In this document: one piece after another, positions 14,901 to 30,500 of the stretch
Position numbering within the stretch: position 1 is the stretch's first letter
Layout: each line of letters opens with the position of its first letter
Assembly: GCA_964016885.1 (NCBI GenBank)
Contig: OZ024742.1
Coordinates: 331,390,001 to 331,454,000 of the forward strand
DNA from: Eledone cirrhosa
Lineage: Eukaryota
Direction of reading: 5' to 3'
DNA length: 64,000 nt
The notes under the pieces: generated by a model
The model's input: the letters and a program-made list of their open reading frames with translations, nothing else
Databases searched by the model: none
Told to the model about the DNA's origin: nothing
Program-made: the position numbers and the translations under genes

Positions 14901-17900
14901 GAGGATTTAGTGGCAGTTGGGATGAACACTGAACACTGAATATTGAATATTGAAGGTTATTTTTGCAGAAGAGAGGATTTAGTGGCAGTTGGGGTGAACA
15001 CTGAACACTGAATATTGAATATTGAAGGTTATTTTTGCAGAAGAGAGGATTTAGTGGCAGTTAAGGTGAACACTGAACATTGAATTTTGAATATTGAAGG
15101 TTATTTTTGGCAGAAGAGAGGATTTAGTGGCAGTTGGGGTGAAAACTGAACACTGAATATTGAAGGATATTTTTGGCAGAAGAGAGGATTTAGTGGCAGT
15201 TGGGATGAACACTGAACATTGAATATTGAATGTTGAAGGTTATTTTTGGCAGAAGAGAGGATTTAGTGGCAGTTGGGGTGAACACTGAACACTGAATATT
15301 GAAGGTTATTTTTGGCAGACGAGAGGATCTAGTGGCAATTGGGGTGAACACTGAACCCTGAACACTGAATATTGAATGTTATTTTTGGCAGAAGAGAGGA
15401 TTTAGTGGCAGTTGGGGTGAACACTGAACACTGAACACTGAATATTGAAGGTTATTTTTGCAGAAGAGAGGATTTAGTGGCAGTTAGAGTGAACACTGAA
15501 CAATGAACACTGAATATTGAAGGTTATTTTTGGCAGAAGAGAGGATTTAGTGGCAGTTGGGGTGAACACTGAACACTGAATATTGAAGGTTATTTTTGGC
15601 AGAATAGAGGATTTAGTGGCAGTTGGGGTGAACACTGAACACTTGACACTGAATATTGAAGGTTATTTTTGGCAGAAGAGAAGATTTAGTGGCAGTTTGG
15701 GAGAACACTGAATACTGAACACTGAATATTGAAGGTTATTTTTGCAGAAGAGAGGATTTAGTGGCAGTTGGGGTGAAAACTGAACACTGAATATTTAAGG
15801 TTATTTTTGGCAGAAGAGAGGATTTAGTGGCAGTTGGGGTGAAAACTGAACACTGAATATTGAAGGATATTTTGGCAGAAGAGAGAATTTAGTGGCAGTT
15901 GGGATGAACACTGAACACTGAACACTGAATATTGAAGGTTATTTTTGGCAGAAGAGAGTATTTAGTGGCATTTGGGGTGAACACTGAACACTGAACACTG
16001 AATATTGAAGGTTATTTTTGGCAGAAGAGAGGATTTAGTGGCAGTTGGGGTGAACACTGAACACTGAACACTGAATATTGAAGGTTATTTTTGGCAGAAG
16101 AGAGGATTTAGTGGCAGTTGGGGTGAACACTGAACACTGAATATTAAAGGTTATTTTTCCAGAAGAGAGGATTTAGTGGCCGTTGCGGTGAACACTGAAC
16201 ACTGAATATTGAATATTGAAGGTTATTTTTGCAGAAGAGAGTATTTAGTGGCAGTTGGGGTGAACAATGAACACTGAATATTGAAGGTTATTTTTGGCAG
16301 AAGAGAGGATTTAGTGGCAGTTTGGGTGAACACTGAATATTGAAGGTTATTTTTGGCAGAAGAGTGGATTTAGTGGCAGTTGGGGTGAACACTGAAGACT
16401 GAATATTGAAGGTTATTTTTGGCAGAAGAGAGGATTTAGTGGCAGTTGGGGTGAACACTGAACACTGAATATTGAATATTGAAGGTTATTTTTGCAGAAG
16501 GGAGGATTTAGTGGCAGTTGGGGTGAACACTGAACACTGAATATTGAAGGTTATTTTTGGCAGAAGAGAGGATTTAGTGGCATTTGGGGTGAACACTGAA
16601 TATTGAAGGTTATTTTTGGCAGAAGAGAGGATTTAGTGGCAGTTGGGGTGAACACTGAACACTGAATATTGAATATTGAAGGTTATTTTTGCAGAAGAGA
16701 GGATTTAGTGGCAGTTGGGGTGAACACTGAACACTGAATATTGAATATTGAAGGTTATTTTTGCAGAAGAGAGGATTTAGTGGCAGTTGGGGTTAATACT
16801 GAACACTGAATATTGAATATTGAAGGTTATTTTTGCAGAAGAGAGGATTTAGTGGCAGTTGGGATGAACACTGAACACTGAATATTGAATATTGAAGGTG
16901 ATTTTTGCAGAAGAGAGGATTTAGTGGCAGTTGGGGTGAACAATGAACACTGAATATTGAATATTGAAGGTTATTTTTGCAGAAGAGAGGATTTAGTGGC
17001 AGTTATGGTGAACACTGAACATTGAATGTTGAATATTGAAGGTTATTTTTGGCAGAAGAGAGGATTTAGTGGCAGTTGGGGTGAACACTGAACAGTGAAC
17101 ACTGAATATTGAAGGTTATTTTTGGCAGAAGAGAGGATTTAGTGGCAGTTGGGATGAAAACTGAACACTGAATATTGAAGGATATTTTTGGCAGAAGAGA
17201 GGATTTAGTGGCAGTTGGGATGAACACTGAACATTGAATATTGAATTTTGAAGGTTATTTTTGGCAGAAGAGAGGATTTAGTGGCAGTTGGGGTGAACAC
17301 TGAACACTGAATATTGAATATTGAAGGTTATTTTTGCAGAAGAGAGGATTTAGTGGCAGTTGGGGTGAACACTGAACACTGAACACTGAATATTGAAGGT
17401 TATTTTTGGCAGAAGAGAGGATTTAGTGGCAGTTGGGGTGAACACTGAACATTGAATATTGAAGGTTATTTTTGGCAGACGAGAGTATTTAGTGTTAGTT
17501 GGGGTGAACACTGAACACTGAACACTGAATATTGAAGGTTATTTTTGTCAGAAGAGAGGATTTAGTGGCAGTTGGGGTGAACACTGAACACTGAATATTG
17601 AAGGTTATTTTTGGCAGAAGAGAGGATTTAGTGGCAGTTTGGGTGAACACTGAATATTGAAGGTTATTTTTGGCAGAAGAGAGGATTTAGTGGCAGTTGG
17701 GGTGAACACTGAAGACTGAATATTGAAGGTTATTTTTGGCAGAAGAGAGGATTTAGTGGCAGTTGGGGTGAACACTGAACCCTGAACACTGAATATTGAA
17801 GGTTATTTTTGGCAGAAGAGAGGATTTAGTGGCAGTTGGGGTGAACACTGAACACTGAACACTGAATATTGAAGGTTATTTTTGCAGAAGAGAGGATTTA

Positions 17901-20900
17901 GTGGCAGTTAGGGTGAACACTGAACAATGAACACTGAATATTGAAGGTTATTTTTGGCAGAAGAGAGGATTTAGTGGCAGTTGGGGTGAACACTGAACAC
18001 TGAATATTGAATATTGAAGGTTATTTTTGCAGAAGAGAGGATTTATTGGCAGTTGGGGTGAACACTGAACACTGAATATTGAAGGTTATTTTTGGCAGAA
18101 GAGAGGATTTAGTGGCAGTTGGGGTGAACACTGAACACTTGACACTGAATATTGAAGGTTATTTTTGGCAGAAGAGAAGATTTAGTGGCAGTTTGGGTGA
18201 ACACTGAATACTGAACACTGAATATTGAAGGTTATTTTTGCAGAAGAGAGGATTTAGTGGCAGTGGGGGTGAAAACTGAACACTGAATATTTAAGGTTAT
18301 TTTTGGCAGAAGAGAGGATTTAGTGGCAGTTGGGGTGAAAACTGAACACTGAATATTGAAGGATATTTTGGCAGAAGAGAGGATTTAGTGGCAGTTGGGA
18401 TGAACACTGATCACTGAACACTGAATATTGAAGGTTATTTTTGGCAGAAGAGAGGATTTAGTGTTAGTTGGGGTGAACACTGAACACTGAACACTGAATA
18501 TTGAAGGTTATTTTTGTCAGAAGAGAGGATTTAGTGGCAGTTGGGGTGAACACTGAACACTGAATATTGAAGGTTATTTTTGGCAGAAGAGAGGATTTAG
18601 TGGCAGTTTGGGTGAACACTGAATATTGAAGGTTATTTTTGGCAGAAGAGAGGATTTAGTGGCAGTTGGGGTGAACACTGAAGACTGAATATTGAAGGTT
18701 ATTTTTGGCAGAAGAGAGGATTTAGTGGCAGTTGGGGTGAAAACTGAACACTGAATATTGAATATTGAAGGTTATTTTTGCAGAAGGGAGGATTTAGTGG
18801 CAGTTGGGGTGAACACTGAACACTGAATATTGAAGGTTATTTTTGGCAGAAGAGAGGATTTAGTGGCATTTGGGGTGAACACTGAACACTGAACACTGAA
18901 TATTGAAGGTTATTTTTGGCAGAAGAGAGGATTTAGTGGCAGTTGGGGTGAACACTGAACACTGAACACTGAATATTGAAGGTTCTTTTTGTCAGAAGAG
19001 AGGATTTAGTGGCAGTTGGGGTGAACACTGAACACTGAATATTGAAGGTTATTTTTGGCAGAAGAGAGGATTTAGTGGCAGTTTGGGTGAACACTGAATA
19101 TTGAAGGTTATTTTTGGCAGAAGAGAGGATTTAGTGGCAGTTGGGGTGAACACTGAAGACTGAATATTGAAGGTTATTTTTGGCAGAAGAGAGGATTTAG
19201 TGGCAGTTGGGGTGAACACTGAACACTGAATATTGAATATTGAAGGTTATTTTTGCAGAAGGGAGGATTTAGTGGCAGTTGGGGTGAACACTGAAGACTG
19301 AATATTGAAGGTTATTTTTGGCAGAAGAGAGGATTTAGTGGCATTTGGGGTGAACACTGAACACTGAATATTGAAGGTTATTTTTGGCAGAAGAGAGGAT
19401 TTAGTGGCAGTTGGGGTGAACACTGAACACTGAACACTGAATATTGAAGGTTATTTTTGCAGAAGAGAGGATTTAGTGGCAGTTAGGGTGAACACTGAAC
19501 AATGAACACTGAATATTGAAGGTTATTTTTGGCAGAAGAGAGGATTTAGTGGCAGTTGGGGTGAACACTGAACACTGAATATTGAATATTGAAGGTTATT
19601 TTTGCAGAAGAGAGGATTTATTGGCAGTTGGGGTGAACACTGAACACTGAATATTGAAGGTTATTTTTGGCAGAAGAGAGGATTTAGTGGCAGTTGGGGT
19701 GAACACTGAACACTTGACACTGAATATTGAAGGTTATTTTTGGCAGAAGAGAAGATTTAGTGGCAGTTTGGGTGAACACTGAATACTGAACACTGAATAT
19801 TGAAGGTTATTTTTGCAGAAGAGAGGATTTAGTGGCAGTGGGGGTGAAAACTGAACACTGAATATTTAAGGTTATTTTTGGCAGAAGAGAGGATTTAGTG
19901 GCAGTTGGGGTGAAAACTGAACACTGAATATTGAAGGATATTTTGGCAGAAGAGAGGATTTAGTGGCAGTTGGGATGAACACTGATCACTGAACACTGAA
20001 TATTGAAGATTATTTTTGGCAGAAGAGAGGATTTAGTGTTAGTTGGGGTGAACACTGAACACTGAACACTGAATATTGAAGGTTATTTTTGTCAGAAGAG
20101 AGGATTTAGTGGCAGTTGGAATGAACACTGAACACTGAATATTGAAGGTTATTTTTGGCAGAAGAGAGGATTTAGTGGCAGTTTGGGTGAACACTGAATA
20201 TTGAAGGTTATTTTTGGCAGAAGAGAGGATTTAGTGGCAGTTGGGGTGAACACTGAAGACTGAATATTGAAGGTTATTTTTGGCAGAAGAGAGGATTTAG
20301 TGGCAGTTGGGGTGAACACTGAACACTGAATATTGAATATTGAAGGTTATTTTTGCAGAAGGGAGGATTTAGTGGCAGTTGGGGTGAACACTGAACACTG
20401 AATATTGAAGGTTATTTTTGGCAGAAGAGAGGATTTAGTGGCATTTGGGGTGAACACTGAACACTGAACACTGAATATTGAAGGTTATTTTTGGCAGAAG
20501 AGAGGATTTAGTGGCAGTTGGGGTGAACACTGAACACTGAACACTGAATATTGAAGGTTATTTTTGTCAGAAGAGAGGATTTAGTGGCAGTTGGGGTGAA
20601 CACTGAACACTGAATATTGAAGGTTATTTTTGGCAGAAGAGAGGATTTAGTGGCAGTTTGGGTGAACACTGAATATTGAAGGTTATTTTTGGCAGAAGAG
20701 AGGATTTAGTGGCAGTTGGGGTGAACACTGAAGACTGAATATTGAAGGTTATTTTTGGCAGAAGAGAGGATTTAGTGGCAGTTTGGGTGAACACTGAATA
20801 TTGAAGGTTATTTTTGGCAGAAGAGAGGATTTAGTGGCAGTTGGGGTGAACACTGAAGACTGAATATTGAAGGTTATTTTTGGCAGAAGAGAGGATTTAG

Positions 20901-23900
20901 TGGCAGTTGGGGTGAACACTGAACACTGAATATTGAATATTGAAGGTTATTTTTGCAGAAGGGAGGATTTAGTGGCATTTGGGGTGAACACTGAACACTG
21001 AATATTGAAGGTTATTTTTGGCAGAAGAGAGGATTTAGTGGCATTTGGGGTGAACACTGAACACTGAATATTGAATATTGAAGGTTATTTTTGCAGAAGA
21101 GAGGATTTAGTGGCAGTTGGGGTGAACACTGAACACTGAATATTGAATATTGAAGGTTATTTTTGCAGAAGAGAGGATTTAGTGGCAGTTGGGGTTAATA
21201 CTGAACACTGAATATTGAATATTGAAGGTTATTTTTGCAGAAGAGAGGATTTAGTGGCAGTTGGGATGAACACTGAACACTGAATATTGAATATTGAAGG
21301 TTATTTTTGCAGAAGAGAGGATTTAGTGGCAGTTGGGGTGAACAATGAACACTGAATATTGAATATTGAAGGTTATTTTTGCAGAAGAGAGGATTTAGTG
21401 GCAGTTATGGTGAACACTGAACATTGAATTTTGAATATTGAAGGTTATTTTTGGCAGAAGAGAGGATTTAGTGGCAGTTGGGGTGAACACTGAACAGTGA
21501 ACACTGAATATTGAAGGTTATTTTTGGCAGAAGAGAGGATTTAGTGGCAGTTGGGATGAAAACTGAACACTGAATATTGAAGGATATTTTTGGCAGAAGA
21601 GAGGATTTAGTGGCAGTTGGGATGAACACTGAACATTGAATATTGAATTTTGAAGGTTATTTTTGGCAGAAGAGAGGATTTAGTGGCAGTTGGGGTGAAC
21701 ACTGAACACTGAATATTGAATATTGAAGGTTATTTTTGCAGAAGAGAGGATTTAGTGGCAGTTGGGGTGAACACTGAACACTGAACACTGAATATTGAAG
21801 GTTATTTTTGGCAGAAGAGAGGATTTAGTGGCAGTTGGGGTGAACACTGAACATTGAATATTGAAGGTTATTTTTGGCAGACGAGAGGATTTAGTGGCAA
21901 TTGGGGTGAACACTGAACCCTGAACACTGAATATTGAAGGTTATTTTTGGCAGAAGAGAGGATTTAGTGGCAGTTGGGGTGAACACTGAACACTGAACAC
22001 TGAATATTGAAGGTTATTTTTGCAGAAGAGAGGATTTAGTGGCAGTTAGGGTGAACACTGAACAATGAACACTGAATATTGAAGGTTATTTTTGGCAGAA
22101 GAGAGGATTTAGTGGCAGTTGGGGTGAACACTGAACACTGAATATTGAATATTGAAGGTTATTTTTGCAGAAGAGAGGATTTATTGGCAGTTGGGGTGAA
22201 CACTGAACACTGAATATTGAAGGTTATTTTTGGCAGAAGAGAGGATTTAGTGGCAGTTGGGGTGAACACTGAACACTTGACACTGAATATTGAAGGTTAT
22301 TTTTGGCAGAAGAGAAGATTTAGTGGCAGTTTGGGTGAACACTGAATACTGAACACTGAATATTGAAGGTTATTTTTGCAGAAGAGAGGATTTAGTGGCA
22401 GTGGGGGTGAAAACTGAACACTGAATATTTAAGGTTATTTTTGGCAGAAGAGAGGATTTAGTGGCAGTTGGGGTGAAAACTGAACACTGAATATTGAAGG
22501 ATATTTTGGCAGAAGAGAGGATTTAGTGGCAGTTGGGATGAACACTGATCACTGAACACTGAATATTGAAGGTTATTTTTGGCAGAAGAGAGGATTTAGT
22601 GTTAGTTGGGGTGAACACTGAACACTGAACACTGAATATTGAAGGTTATTTTTGTCAGAAGAGAGGATTTAGTGGCAGTTGGGGTGAACACTGAACACTG
22701 AATATTGAAGGTTATTTTTGGCAGAAGAGAGGATTTAGTGGCAGTTTGGGTGAACACTGAATATTGAAGGTTATTTTTGGCAGAAGAGAGGATTTAGTGG
22801 CAGTTGGGGTGAACACTGAAGACTGAATATTGAAGGTTATTTTTGGCAGAAGAGAGGATTTAGTGGCAGTTGGGGTGAACACTGAACACTGAATATTGAA
22901 TATTGAAGGTTATTTTTGCAGAAGGGAGGATTTAGTGGCAGTTGGGGTGAACACTGAACACTGAATATTGAAGGTTATTTTTGGCAGAAGAGAGGATTTA
23001 GTGGCATTTGGGGTGAACACTGAACACTGAACACTGAATATTGAAGGTTATTTTTGGCAGAAGAGAGGATTTAGTGGCAGTTGGGGTGAACACTGAACAC
23101 TGAACACTGAATATTGAAGGTTATTTTTGTCAGAAGAGAGGATTTAGTGGCAGTTGGGGTGAACACTGAACACTGAATATTGAAGGTTATTTTTGGCAGA
23201 AGAGAGGATTTAGTGGCAGTTTGGGTGAACACTGAATATTGAAGGTTATTTTTGGCAGAAGAGAGGATTTAGTGGCAGTTGGGGTGAACACTGAAGACTG
23301 AATATTGAAGGTTATTTTTGGCAGAAGAGAGGATTTAGTGGCAGTTGGGGTGAACACTGAACACTGAATATTGAATATTGAAGGTTATTTTTGCAGAAGG
23401 GAGGATTTAGTGGCAGTTGGGGTGAACACTGAAGACTGAATATTGAAGGTTATTTTTGGCAGAAGAGAGGATTTAGTGGCATTTGGGGTGAACACTGAAC
23501 ACTGAACACTGAATATTGAAGGTTATTTTTGCAGAAGAGAGGATTTAGTGGCAGTTGGGATGAACACTGAACACTGAATATTGAATATTGAAGGTTATTT
23601 TTGCAGAAGAGAGGATTTAGTGGCAGTTGGGGTGAACAATGAACACTGAATATTGAATATTGAAGGTTATTTTTGCAGAAGAGAGGATTTAGTGGCAGTT
23701 ATGGTGAACACTGAACATTGAATTTTGAATATTGAAGGTTATTTTTGGCAGAAGAGGGGATTTAGTGGCAGTTGGGGTGAACACTGAACACTGAATATTG
23801 AAGGTTATTTTTGGCAGAAGAGAGGATTTAGTGGCAGTTTGGGTGAACACTGAATATTGAAGGTTATTTTTGGCAGAAGAGAGGATTTAGTGGCAGTTGG

Positions 23901-26900
23901 GGTGAACACTGAAGACTGAATATTGAAGGTTATTTTTGGCAGAAGAGAGGATTTAGTGGCAGTTTGGGTGAACACTGAATATTGAAGGTTATTTTTGGCA
24001 GAAGAGAGGATTTAGTGGCAGTTGGGGTGAGCACTGAAGACTGAATATTGAAGGTTATTTTTGGCAGAAGAGAGGATTTAGTGGCAGTTGGGGTGAACAC
24101 TGAACACTGAATATTGAATATTGAAGGTTATTTTTGCAGAAGGGACGATTTAGTGGCAGTTGGGGTGAACACTGAACACTGAATATTGAAGGTTATTTTT
24201 GGCAGAAGAGAGGATTTAGTGGCATTTGGGGTGAACACTGAACACTGAACACTGAATATTGAAGGTTATTTTTGGCAGAAGAGAGGATTTAGTGGCAGTT
24301 GGGGTGAACACTGAACACTGAATATTGAATATTGAAGGTTATTTTTGCAGAAGAGAGGATTTAGTGGCAGTTGGGGTGAACACTGAACACTGAATATTGA
24401 ATATTGAAGGTTATTTTTGCAGAAGAGAGGATTTAGTGGCAGTTGGGGTTAATACTGAACACTGAATATTGAATATTGAAGGTTATTTTTGCAGAAGAGA
24501 GGATTTAGTGGCAGTTGGGATGAACACTGAACACTGAATATTGAATATTGAAGGTTATTTTTGCAGAAGAGAGGATTTAGTGGCAGTTGGGGTGAACAAT
24601 GAACACTGAATATTGAATATTGAAGGTTATTTTTGCAGAAGAGAGGATTTAGTGGCAGTTATGGTGAACACTGAACATTGAATGTTGAATATTGAAGGTT
24701 ATTTTTGGCAGAAGAGAGGATTTAGTGGCAGTTGGGGTGAACACTGAACAGTGAACACTGAATATTGAAGGTTATTTTTGGCAGAAGAGAGGATTTAGTG
24801 GCAGTTGGGATGAAAACTGAACACTGAATATTGAAGGATATTTTTGGCAGAAGAGAGGATTTAGTGGCAGTTGGGATGAACACTGAACATTGAATATTGA
24901 ATTTTGAAGGTTATTTTTGGCAGAAGAGAGGATTTAGTGGCAGTTGGGGTGAACACTGAACACTGAATATTGAATATTGAAGGTTATTTTTGCAGAAGAG
25001 AGGATTTAGTGGCAGTTGGGGTGAACACTGAACACTGAACACTGAATATTGAAGGTTATTTTTGGCAGAAGAGAGGATTTAGTGGCAGTTGGGGTGAACA
25101 CTGAACATTGAATATTGAAGGTTATTTTTGGCAGACGAGAGGATTTAGTGTTAGTTGGGGTGAACACTGAACACTGAACACTGAATATTGAAGGTTATTT
25201 TTGTCAGAAGAGAGGATTTAGTGGCAGTTGGGGTGAACACTGAACACTGAATATTGAAGGTTATTTTTGGCAGAAGAGAGGATTTAGTGGCAGTTTGGGT
25301 GAACACTGAATATTGAAGGTTATTTTTGGCAGAAGAGAGGATTTAGTGGCAGTTGGGGTGAACACTGAAGACTGAATATTGAAGGTTATTTTTGGCAGAA
25401 GAGAGGATTTAGTGGCAGTTGGGGTGAACACTGAACCCTGAACACTGAATATTGAAGGTTATTTTTGGCAGAAGAGAGGATTTAGTGGCAGTTGGGGTGA
25501 ACACTGAGCACTGAACACTGAATATTGAAGGTTATTTTTGCAGAAGAGAGGATTTAGTGGCAGTTAGGGTGAACACTGAACAATGAACACTGAATATTGA
25601 AGGTTATTTTTGGCAGAAGAGAGGATTTAGTGGCAGTTGGGGTGAACACTGAACACTGAATATTGAATATTGAAGGTTATTTTTGCAGAAGAGAGGATTT
25701 ATTGGCAGTTGGGGTGAACACTGAACACTGAATATTGAAGGTTATTTTTGGCAGAAGAGAGGATTTAGTGGCAGTTGGGGTGAACACTGAACACTTGACA
25801 CTGAATATTGAAGGTTATTTTTGGCAGAAGAGAAGATTTAGTGGCAGTTTGGGTGAACACTGAATACTGAACACTGAATATTGAAGGTTATTTTTGCAGA
25901 AGAGAGGATTTAGTGGCAGTGGGGGTGAAAAATGAACACTGAATATTTAAGGTTATTTTTGGCAGAAGAGAGGATTTAGTGGCAGTTGGGGTGAAAACTG
26001 AACACTGAATATTGAAGGATATTTTGGCAGAAGAGAGGATTTAGTGGCAGTTGGGATGAACACTGATCACTGAACACTGAATATTGAAGGTTATTTTTGG
26101 CAGAAGAGAGGATTTAGTGTTAGTTGGGGTGAACACTGAACACTGAACACTGAATATTGAAGGTTATTTTTGTCAGAAGAGAGGATTTAGTGGCAGTTGG
26201 GGTGAACACTGAACACTGAATATTGAAGGTTATTTTTGGCAGAAGAGAGGATTTAGTGGCAGTTTGGGTGAACACTGAATATTGAAGGTTATTTTTGGCA
26301 GAAGAGAGGATTTAGTGGCAGTTGGGGTGAACACTGAACAGTGAACACTGAATATTGAAGGTTATTTTTGGCAGAAGAGAGGATTTAGTGGCAGTTGGGA
26401 TGAAAACTGAACACTGAATATTGAAGGATATTTTTGGCAGAAGAGAGGATTTAGTGGCAGTTGGGATGAACACTGAACATTGAATATTGAATTTTGAAGG
26501 TTATTTTTGGCAGAAGAGAGGATTTAGTGGCAGTTGGGGTGAACACTGAACACTGAATATTGAATATTGAAGGTTATTTTTGCAGAAGAGAGGATTTAGT
26601 GGCAGTTGGGGTGAACACTGAACACTGAACACTGAATATTGAAGGTTATTTTTGGCAGAAGAGAGGATTTAGTGGCAGTTGGGGTGAACACTGAAGACTG
26701 AATATTGAAGGTTATTTTTGGCAGAAGAGAGGATTTAGTGGCAGTTGGGGTGAACACTGAACACTGAATATTGAAGGTTATTTTTGGCAGAAGAGAGGAT
26801 TTAGTGGCATTTGGGGTGAACACTGAACACTGAACACTGAATATTGAAGGTTATTTTTGGCAGAAGATAGGATTTAGTGGCAGTTGGGGTGAACACTGAA

Positions 26901-28279
26901 CACTGAACACTGAATATTGAAGGTTATTTTTGTCAGAAGAGAGGATTTAGTGGCAGTTGGGGTGAACACTGAACACTGAATATTGAAGGTTATGTTTGGC
27001 AGAAGAGAGGATTTAGTGGCAGTTTGGGTGAACACTGAATATTGAAGGTTATTTTTGGCAGAAGAGAGGATTTAGTGGCAGTTGGGGTGAACACTGAAGA
27101 CTGAATATTGAAGGTTATTTTTGGCAGAAGAGAGGATTTAATGGCAGTTGGGGTGAACACTGAACACTGAATATTGAATATTGAAGGTTATTTTTGCAGA
27201 AGGGAGGATTTAGTGGCAGTTGGGGTGAACACTGAACACTGAATATTGAAGGTTATTTTTGGCAGAAGAGAGGATTTAGTGGCATTTGGGGTGAACACTG
27301 AACACTGAACACTGAATATTGAAGGTTATTTTTGGCAGAAGAGAGGATTTAGTGGCATTTGGGGTGAACACTGAACACTGAATATTGAATATTGAAGGTT
27401 ATTTTTGCAGAAGAGAGGATTTAGTGGCAGTTGGGGTGAACACTGAACACTGAATATTGAATATTGAAGGTTATTTTTTGCAGAAGAGAGGATTTAGTGG
27501 CAGTTGGGGTTAATACTGAACACTGAATATTGAATATTGAAGGTTATTTTTGCAGAAGAGAGGATTTAGTGGCAGTTGGGATGAACACTGAACACTGAAT
27601 ATTGAATATTGAAGGTTATTTTTGCAGAAGAGAGGATTTAGTGGCAGTTGGGGTGAACAATGAACACTGAATATTGAATATTGAAGGTTATTTTTGCAGA
27701 AGAGAGGATTTAGTGGCAGTTATGGTGAACACTGAACATTGAATTTTGAATATTGAAGGTTATTTTTGGCAGAAGAGAGGATTTAGTGGCAGTTGGGGTG
27801 AACACTGAACAGTGAACACTGAATATTGAAGGTTATTTTTGGCAGAAGAGAGGATTTAGTGGCAGTTGGGATGAAAACTGAACACTGAATATTGAAGGAT
27901 ATTTTTGGCAGAAGAGAGGATTTAGTGGCAGTTGGGATGAACACTGAACATTGAATATTGAATTTTGAAGGTTATTTTTGGCAGAAGAGAGGATTTAGTG
28001 GCAGTTGGGGTGAACACTGAACACTGAATATTGAATATTGAAGGTTATTTTTGGCAGAAGAGAGGATTTAGTGGCAGTTGGGGTGAACACTGAACACTGA
28101 ACACTGAATATTGAAGGTTATTTTTGCAGAAGAGAGGATTTAGTGGCAGTTAGGGTGAACACTGAACAATGAACACTGAATATTGAAGGTTATTTTTCGC
28201 AGAAGAGAGGATTTAGTGGCAGTTGGGGTGAACACTGAACACTGAATATTGAATATTGAAGGTTATTTTTCGCAGAAGA

Positions 28280-30500
28280 GAGGATTTAGTGGCAGTTGGG
28301 GTGAACACTGAACATTGAATATTGAAGGTTATTTTTGGCAGACGAGAGGATTTAGTGGCAATTGGGGTGAACACTGAACCCTGAACACTGAATATTGAAG
28401 GTTATTTTTGGCAGAAGAGAGGATTTAGTGGCAGTTGGGGTGAACACTGAACACTGAACACTGAATATTGAAGGTTATTTTTGCAGAAGAGAGGATTTAG
28501 TGGCAGTTAGGGTGAACACTGAACAATGAACACTGAATATTGAAGGTTATTTTTCGCAGAAGAGAGGATTTAGTGGCAGTTGGGGTGAACACTGAACACT
28601 GAATATTGAATATTGAAGGTTATTTTTGCAGAAGAGAGGATTTATTGGCAGTTGGGGTGAACACTGAACACTGAATATTGAAGGTTATTTTTGGCAGAAG
28701 AGAGGATTTAGTGGCAGTTGGGGTGAACACTGAACACTTGACACTGAATATTGAAGGTTATTTTTGGCAGAAGAGAAGATTTAGTGGCAGTTTGGGTGAA
28801 CACTGAATACTGAACACTGAATATTGAAGGTTATTTTTGCAGAAGAGAGGATTTAGTGGCAGTGGGGGTGAAAACTGAACACTGAATATTTAAGGTTATT
28901 TTTGGCAGAAGAGAGGATTTAGTGGCAGTTGGGGTGAAAACTGAACACTGAATATTGAAGGATATTTTGGCAGAAGAGAGGATTTAGTGGCAGTTGGGAT
29001 GAACACTGATCACTGAACACTGAATATTGAAGGTTATTTTTGGCAGAAGAGAGGATTTAGTGTTAGTTGGGGTGAACACTGAACACTGAACACTGAATAT
29101 TGAAGGTTATTTTTGTCAGAAGAGAGGATTTAGTGGCAGTTGGGGTGAACACTGAACACTGAATATTGAAGGTTATTTTTGGCAGAAGAGAGGATTTAGT
29201 GGCAGTTTGGGTGAACACTGAATATTGAAGGTTATTTTTGGCAGAAGAGAGGATTTAGTGGCAGTTGGGATGAAAACTGAACACTGAATATTGAAGGATA
29301 TTTTTGGCAGAAGAGAGGATTTAGTGGCAGTTGGGATGAACACTGAACATTGAATATTGAATTTTGAAGGTTATTTTTGGCAGAAGAGAGGATTTAGTGG
29401 CAGTTGGGGTGAACACTGAACACTGAATATTGAATATTGAAGGTTATTTTTGCAGAAGAGAGGATTTAGTGGCAGTTGGGGTGAACACTGAACACTGAAC
29501 ACTGAATATTGAAGGTTATTTTTGGCAGAAGAGAGGATTTAGTGGCAGTTGGGGTGAACACTGAACATTGAATATTGAAGGTTATTTTTGGCAGACGAGA
29601 GGATTTAGTGGCAATTGGGGTGAACACTGAACCCTGAACACTGAATATTGAAGGTTATTTTTGGCAGAAGAGAGGATTTAGTGGCAGTTGGGGTGAACAC
29701 TGAACACTGAACACTGAATATTGAAGGTTATTTTTGCAGAAGAGAGGATTTAGTGGCAGTTAGGGTGAACACTGAACAATGAACACTGAATATTGAAGGT
29801 TATTTTTCGCAGAAGAGAGGATTTAGTGGCAGTTGGGGTGAACACTGAACACTGAATATTGAATATTGAAGGTTATTTTTGCAGAAGAGAGGATTTATTG
29901 GCAGTTGGGGTGAACACTGAACACTGAATATTGAAGGTTATTTTTGGCAGAAGAGAGGATTTAGTGGCAGTTGGGGTGAACACTGAACACTTGACACTGA
30001 ATATTGAAGGTTATTTTTGGCAGAAGAGAAGATTTAGTGGCAGTTTGGGTGAACACTGAATACTGAACACTGAATATTGAAGGTTATTTTTGCAGAAGAG
30101 AGGATTTAGTGGCAGTGGGGGTGAAAACTGAACACTGAATATTTAAGGTTATTTTTGGCAGAAGAGAGGATTTAGTGGCAGTTGGGGTGAAAACTGAACA
30201 CTGAATATTGAAGGATATTTTGGCAGAAGAGAGGATTTAGTGGCAGTTGGGATGAACACTGATCACTGAACACTGAATATTGAAGGTTATTTTTGGCAGA
30301 AGAGAGGATTTAGTGTTAGTTGGGGTGAACACTGAACACTGAACACTGAATATTGAAGGTTATTTTTGTCAGAAGAGAGGATTTAGTGGCAGTTGGGGTG
30401 AACACTGAACACTGAATATTGAAGGTTATTTTTGGCAGAAGAGAGGATTTAGTGGCAGTTTGGGTGAACACTGAATATTGAAGGTTATTTTTGGCAGAAG
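28280..30500. repeat. Recent local duplication, offset 1253 bp
   Basis: The private TTTTCGCAG variant is at 28555 and 29808, and the CTTGACAC marker at 28737 and 29990. Both pairs are 1253 bp apart. Confidence 0.85.
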
